Assembly: GCA_964016885.1 (NCBI GenBank)
Contig: OZ024743.1
Coordinates: forward strand, 6,076,001 to 6,140,000
DNA from: Eledone cirrhosa
Taxonomy: Eukaryota
Length of the DNA stretch: 64,000 bases
Direction: 5' to 3'
The notes under the pieces were generated by a model. The model ran no database searches and was not told the origin of the DNA. It saw only the letters and a program-made list of their open reading frames with translations. Position numbers and translations under genes: made by a program. This document shows, one piece after another, positions 60,389-64,000 of this stretch; the first letter of the stretch is position 1, and each line of letters starts with the position of its first letter.

Positions 60389-60545
60389 TTTTATTTTTAT
60401 TTTTATTTTTATTTTTATTTTAATTTTAATTTTAATTTTAATTTTAATTTTAATTTTAATTTTAATTTTAATTTTAATTTTAATTTTAATTTTAATTTTA
60501 ATTTTAATTTTAATTTTAATTTTAATTTTAATTTTAATTTTAATC
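60389..60545. repeat. (TTTTAT)n then (TTTAAT)n hexanucleotide microsatellite
   Basis: Perfect tandem run. Confidence 0.95.
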
Positions 60546-60792
60546 CTTTAACCTTTATATGTAAATTGCCATGCTATATCATTATGATGGATGTCAACCC
60601 ACTGTGGGTCAATATATGCATATGTTTTTATATGTCTCTTGTGTTGAAAAGGAGGTCAAGTATGTTATAGATCACTAAATAGTTGCTCCGAAGAATCCAA
60701 ACCTCGGTTTGGAGGAAACAATTGTAAGCAAATAAATGATTTAAACTGAACTTTGATTATTGTAATCTCTCTCTCTCTATATATATATATAT

Positions 60793-61490
60793 ATCATCAT
60801 CATTTTACGTCCGCTTTTCCCTGCTTGCAAGGGTAGGTGGGTCCTATTCAGCAGAGCATCTCTCCATTCTGTGAGCTTCAGTGATCTGAGGTCAGCTCTC
60901 ACCCCCTTCGCCCATGATTTTCGTGGTCTTCCTCTACTGCGTCTTCCTTCCACTGGGGTTTCTTGGCACTTCTTTACCCAGCGGTTATTCTCCATGTATA
61001 TCACATGTCCATACCAACGCAGTCTTCTCTCCCGCACACCACAGTTTATCCCTCTTATACACAGTTTCTCTCTCAACTCGTTTATGCTTGGTCGTTCACG
61101 TACATTGACATTGCACATCTGTTGGAGCATGTTTGCTTCATTCTCTCCAGCCGTGGCATATCCACAGCTGCTGCCCATGTCTCACTACCATGCAGCATCA
61201 CACATCTCACACAGGCATCATATAACTGGTCTTTCGTTTGTAGGGAGAAACCCTTCTTTGTCAACAGAAGAAGCAGCTCCCTAAACTTCTTCCAACCCAT
61301 CCTTATTCTAGATACTATGGCCTCGGAGCACCCTCCTCTTTTGCTAATCTGATCACCTAGGCATCGGAAGCTATCAACCGCCTCTATAGATCCTACCTGC
61401 ATTTGAAAAATGTATCTATCACTGCGACTTTTACTGTCAAATTTCCCTGAACATCTACTGCATATGTAGTTTTCCCTACCTGTTAGTTAC
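60793..61490 (-). mobile_element. Diverged RTE LINE 3' fragment
   Basis: SIEAVDSFRCLGD..GWKKFREL..RRLRWYGHV..GRPRKSW. Flanked by (TA)n. Confidence 0.83.
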
Positions 61491-61495
61491 AAGAT

Positions 61496-61548
<53 letters not shown>

Positions 61549-61773
61549 TGAATGCATGTATAGTATATTTAGCAATATACCATATGTTTAATTAAAAACA
61601 TTTAGAAGACCATACACTATCAGTTTTAAAGTAGTGACTATGTCACTTACTTCTTTTCGGCAAAAGAAGGGAGAGAAGCTGACAGTCTGTTTCTTACTGG
61701 TTGGCGTTCATCAGAGCCATGTACTTCCCTGGTTTCGCCGAAAATTAAACTGGATTCTTATAGAATTCCAGTG

Positions 61774-61813
<40 letters not shown>

Positions 61814-62539
61814 ATACATATATATATATATCATCATATCAAAGGCGTTTTAACATCCGCTTCTCCTACTAGCAAGGTTTGGACAGATCCATATAGACCA
61901 AGTCCGTGCTGAAGCGAAGCCATAGATCTTCCAGACAGGCCAGGGACCTTTGCACATATGAGTGGTCTCATGTTTCAACTGAGGGTCGCCCCAACCCTTT
62001 GTTTGGCAAGATTTCTACAGCTGGATGTCCATCCTATAATACGAACACACACATATACATGTGTGTGTGTAAATAGATTGGTTATAGTATGGACATCCAG
62101 CCGTAGAAATCTATATATATGATATATATATATATCATCATCATCATCACCGTTTTACGCCCGTTATTCCACGCTAGCAGGTTGTCCTGTTGTGGGCAGT
62201 GTCCAGTTGGCTGACCTTGTCTTGCTCATACGGGAACTGATTCTGGCTTGATTTCTACAGCTGGATGCCCTTCCTAACACCAACCTCATTTACAGTGAAT
62301 GCTCTCTGTGGCGCCTACACGTCCACTTTACAGTATGGGCTGGGTGCTTTTTTTGCCATGGCACCTCCACAACGACTTTGCAGTGGGAGGGGGTGGGGGC
62401 ATATTGTCTATATGCTTCAGCTTTAGCTTGTACCCGTGGGGGGTCAGGTCTTCTGTATTACTTCTGTATATATATATATATCATATCATATATATATATA
62501 TATATATATGATATCATATGTATATATATTTATGATATC

Positions 62540-62587
<48 letters not shown>

Positions 62588-62831
62588 GGTATATTTAGTC
62601 GGTTTCTACATGCTGTTGAAATGTTGGATAAATATTCTATTGGGGTCACAGAGAAGAGGCCGCTTTCGGTTATTTGTCGGAAATTTCTTCATAAGAGCCT
62701 TTATTCTTATAGCTTGGTATAATTGATTTTTTATATGGTTAATTATGCTAATTGGGAGAGGACATGGTATATATTTTATCTAATAATTCTAAGGACATGA
62801 TTTATGATATATATATATATATATATATATA

Positions 62832-64000
62832 TAGGAACAAGTAAGACCCCGACGGCTGAGCTCAAGCCGTTTCGACGGCTAATTCTGTACTGAATGAAAA
62901 ATTAATTCTGGTATTTAAATAGCCGAACTTATCAAGGGGTAATTCCATATATGGTCAAAGAGATAATCACCAGGATTGGTCACATCACAAGTTAGTAGTA
63001 AATCTGTGATGGCAAGTTGGTGGGGGAAGGGGTAGCTAAACCTGCCAGTAGGAGAAAAGGGGAGAGGGGGTGGAGTAGACCCATTCATGCGTTGGTAGTG
63101 CCAGCTACAGCTGGGTGTGAGGTCAAAGAGGATACTGGGGAGGGGGAGGGGGAGGTCGAAACGGTAAGTAGAACAATGATAGGTAAAACTGTAAAAGGTA
63201 CTGAGAGAGAAAAAAAATATAAGCAAAATCTGGTTACTAAGATTTAAGTCTCTTGCTATTGCTAGGCTGAAGAAATACATAAATAAATAAATAAACAAAT
63301 AAGTGAATAAAAGAATAGATAAATAAATTTAAAAATATATATATATATATATATATAATGTAGAATAAAAAAATAAATGATAATAATAGAAAAAAAAACT
63401 AGGTGGGACGGAAATAAAGGTACCCTTATACGAGGTATAAGTGCGTGTATTGTACGGTGACGGGTCAACAAAAGTGGGGCCAGAATACTAAAGAGACTAC
63501 CACGAAAATAATAAAGGTTTCCACCCCAAACACAGGGCCAGCAACCACCCAGTGCAAGAAAGTAAACTAGTACGAGAATATAATTCAGGGTCCCGCAAAA
63601 AAATACTGGTGCTAACTCTAAGGGTACCGCCACGAAACAAAAGGTCTTATACAAGCTACATGAAAGATCGTACGAAGTAAAAGTAAAGAACGGAAAATTA
63701 ATACAGGAACCCCCCCCCCCCCCCCCAAAAAAAAAGGGAAAAAGAAAAAAGAGATACTGGATAAACGAGAAATTAAAGCAAAGATGCCACTAAGAAATAT
63801 AGAAGGCACGGAAAAAGGTGACAGCGGTCGGAGAAGGGGGCGAGTATCCGAAATCTAACACCTCTGCTATAAAAAGCGGAGTCAGCCACATCTATCATAG
63901 AATAGGGGAGGGGGTGGGGGTGCTGAAGCTACAAGGGACCGATGGGCTACCTCGGGTGGGCGAGAAAGAGACAACGACAAAGAAAGGGAACTGGGGTAGA
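62832..64000 (-). mobile_element. 3' region of a diverged PLE-B relative (continues beyond the window)
   Basis: Colinear similarity to 3711-4801. Ends in (TA)n at 62807-62832. Confidence 0.88.
62846..62940 (-). ncRNA. Type I hammerhead ribozyme, U3-A8 core variant (second copy)
   Basis: ACCCC-UUGAUAA-GUUCGGCUA..UAGCCGUC-GAAA-CGGC-UUGAGCUCA-GCCG-UC^GGGGU. Predicted cleavage between 62851 and 62850. Confidence 0.85.

Noticed and set aside
60309-60670. ILILIL / FNFNFN ORFs
   Set aside because: Translation of the (TTTAAT)n microsatellite.

Overview
AT-rich, repeat-dense animal genomic DNA. The SINE and RTE families look cephalopod (octopus)-like, which is an inference only. Host genes: the last two coding exons of a + strand gene with a Tyr-motif-rich tail (12845-14960), and a long multi-exon - strand gene of unrecognised family (about 20528-58791) in which a phase-symmetric exon pair is tandemly triplicated on a 3896-bp duplication. 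Mobile DNA: two families of Penelope-like elements (RT + C-terminal GIY-YIG with a CxCx5C linker, one forming a 2.3-kb-arm head-to-head palindrome); many RTE LINEs carrying a PHD finger inside the RT domain; a hAT (Buster/Charlie-type) element with an 8-bp TSD; Tc1/mariner, CRE and CR1-like remnants; tRNA-derived SINEs; and TTAA (piggyBac-like) MITEs, one expanded into a 4.4-kb satellite. The strongest unannotated signal is eight well-formed type I hammerhead ribozyme motifs in three unrelated families: a U3-A8 core-variant HHR in the PLE 3' region, and two families of minimal palindromic-stem-III HHRs in short non-coding fold-back (retrozyme-like) elements sitting in (TA)n tracts. All calls were read by eye, with no database searches or folding software.
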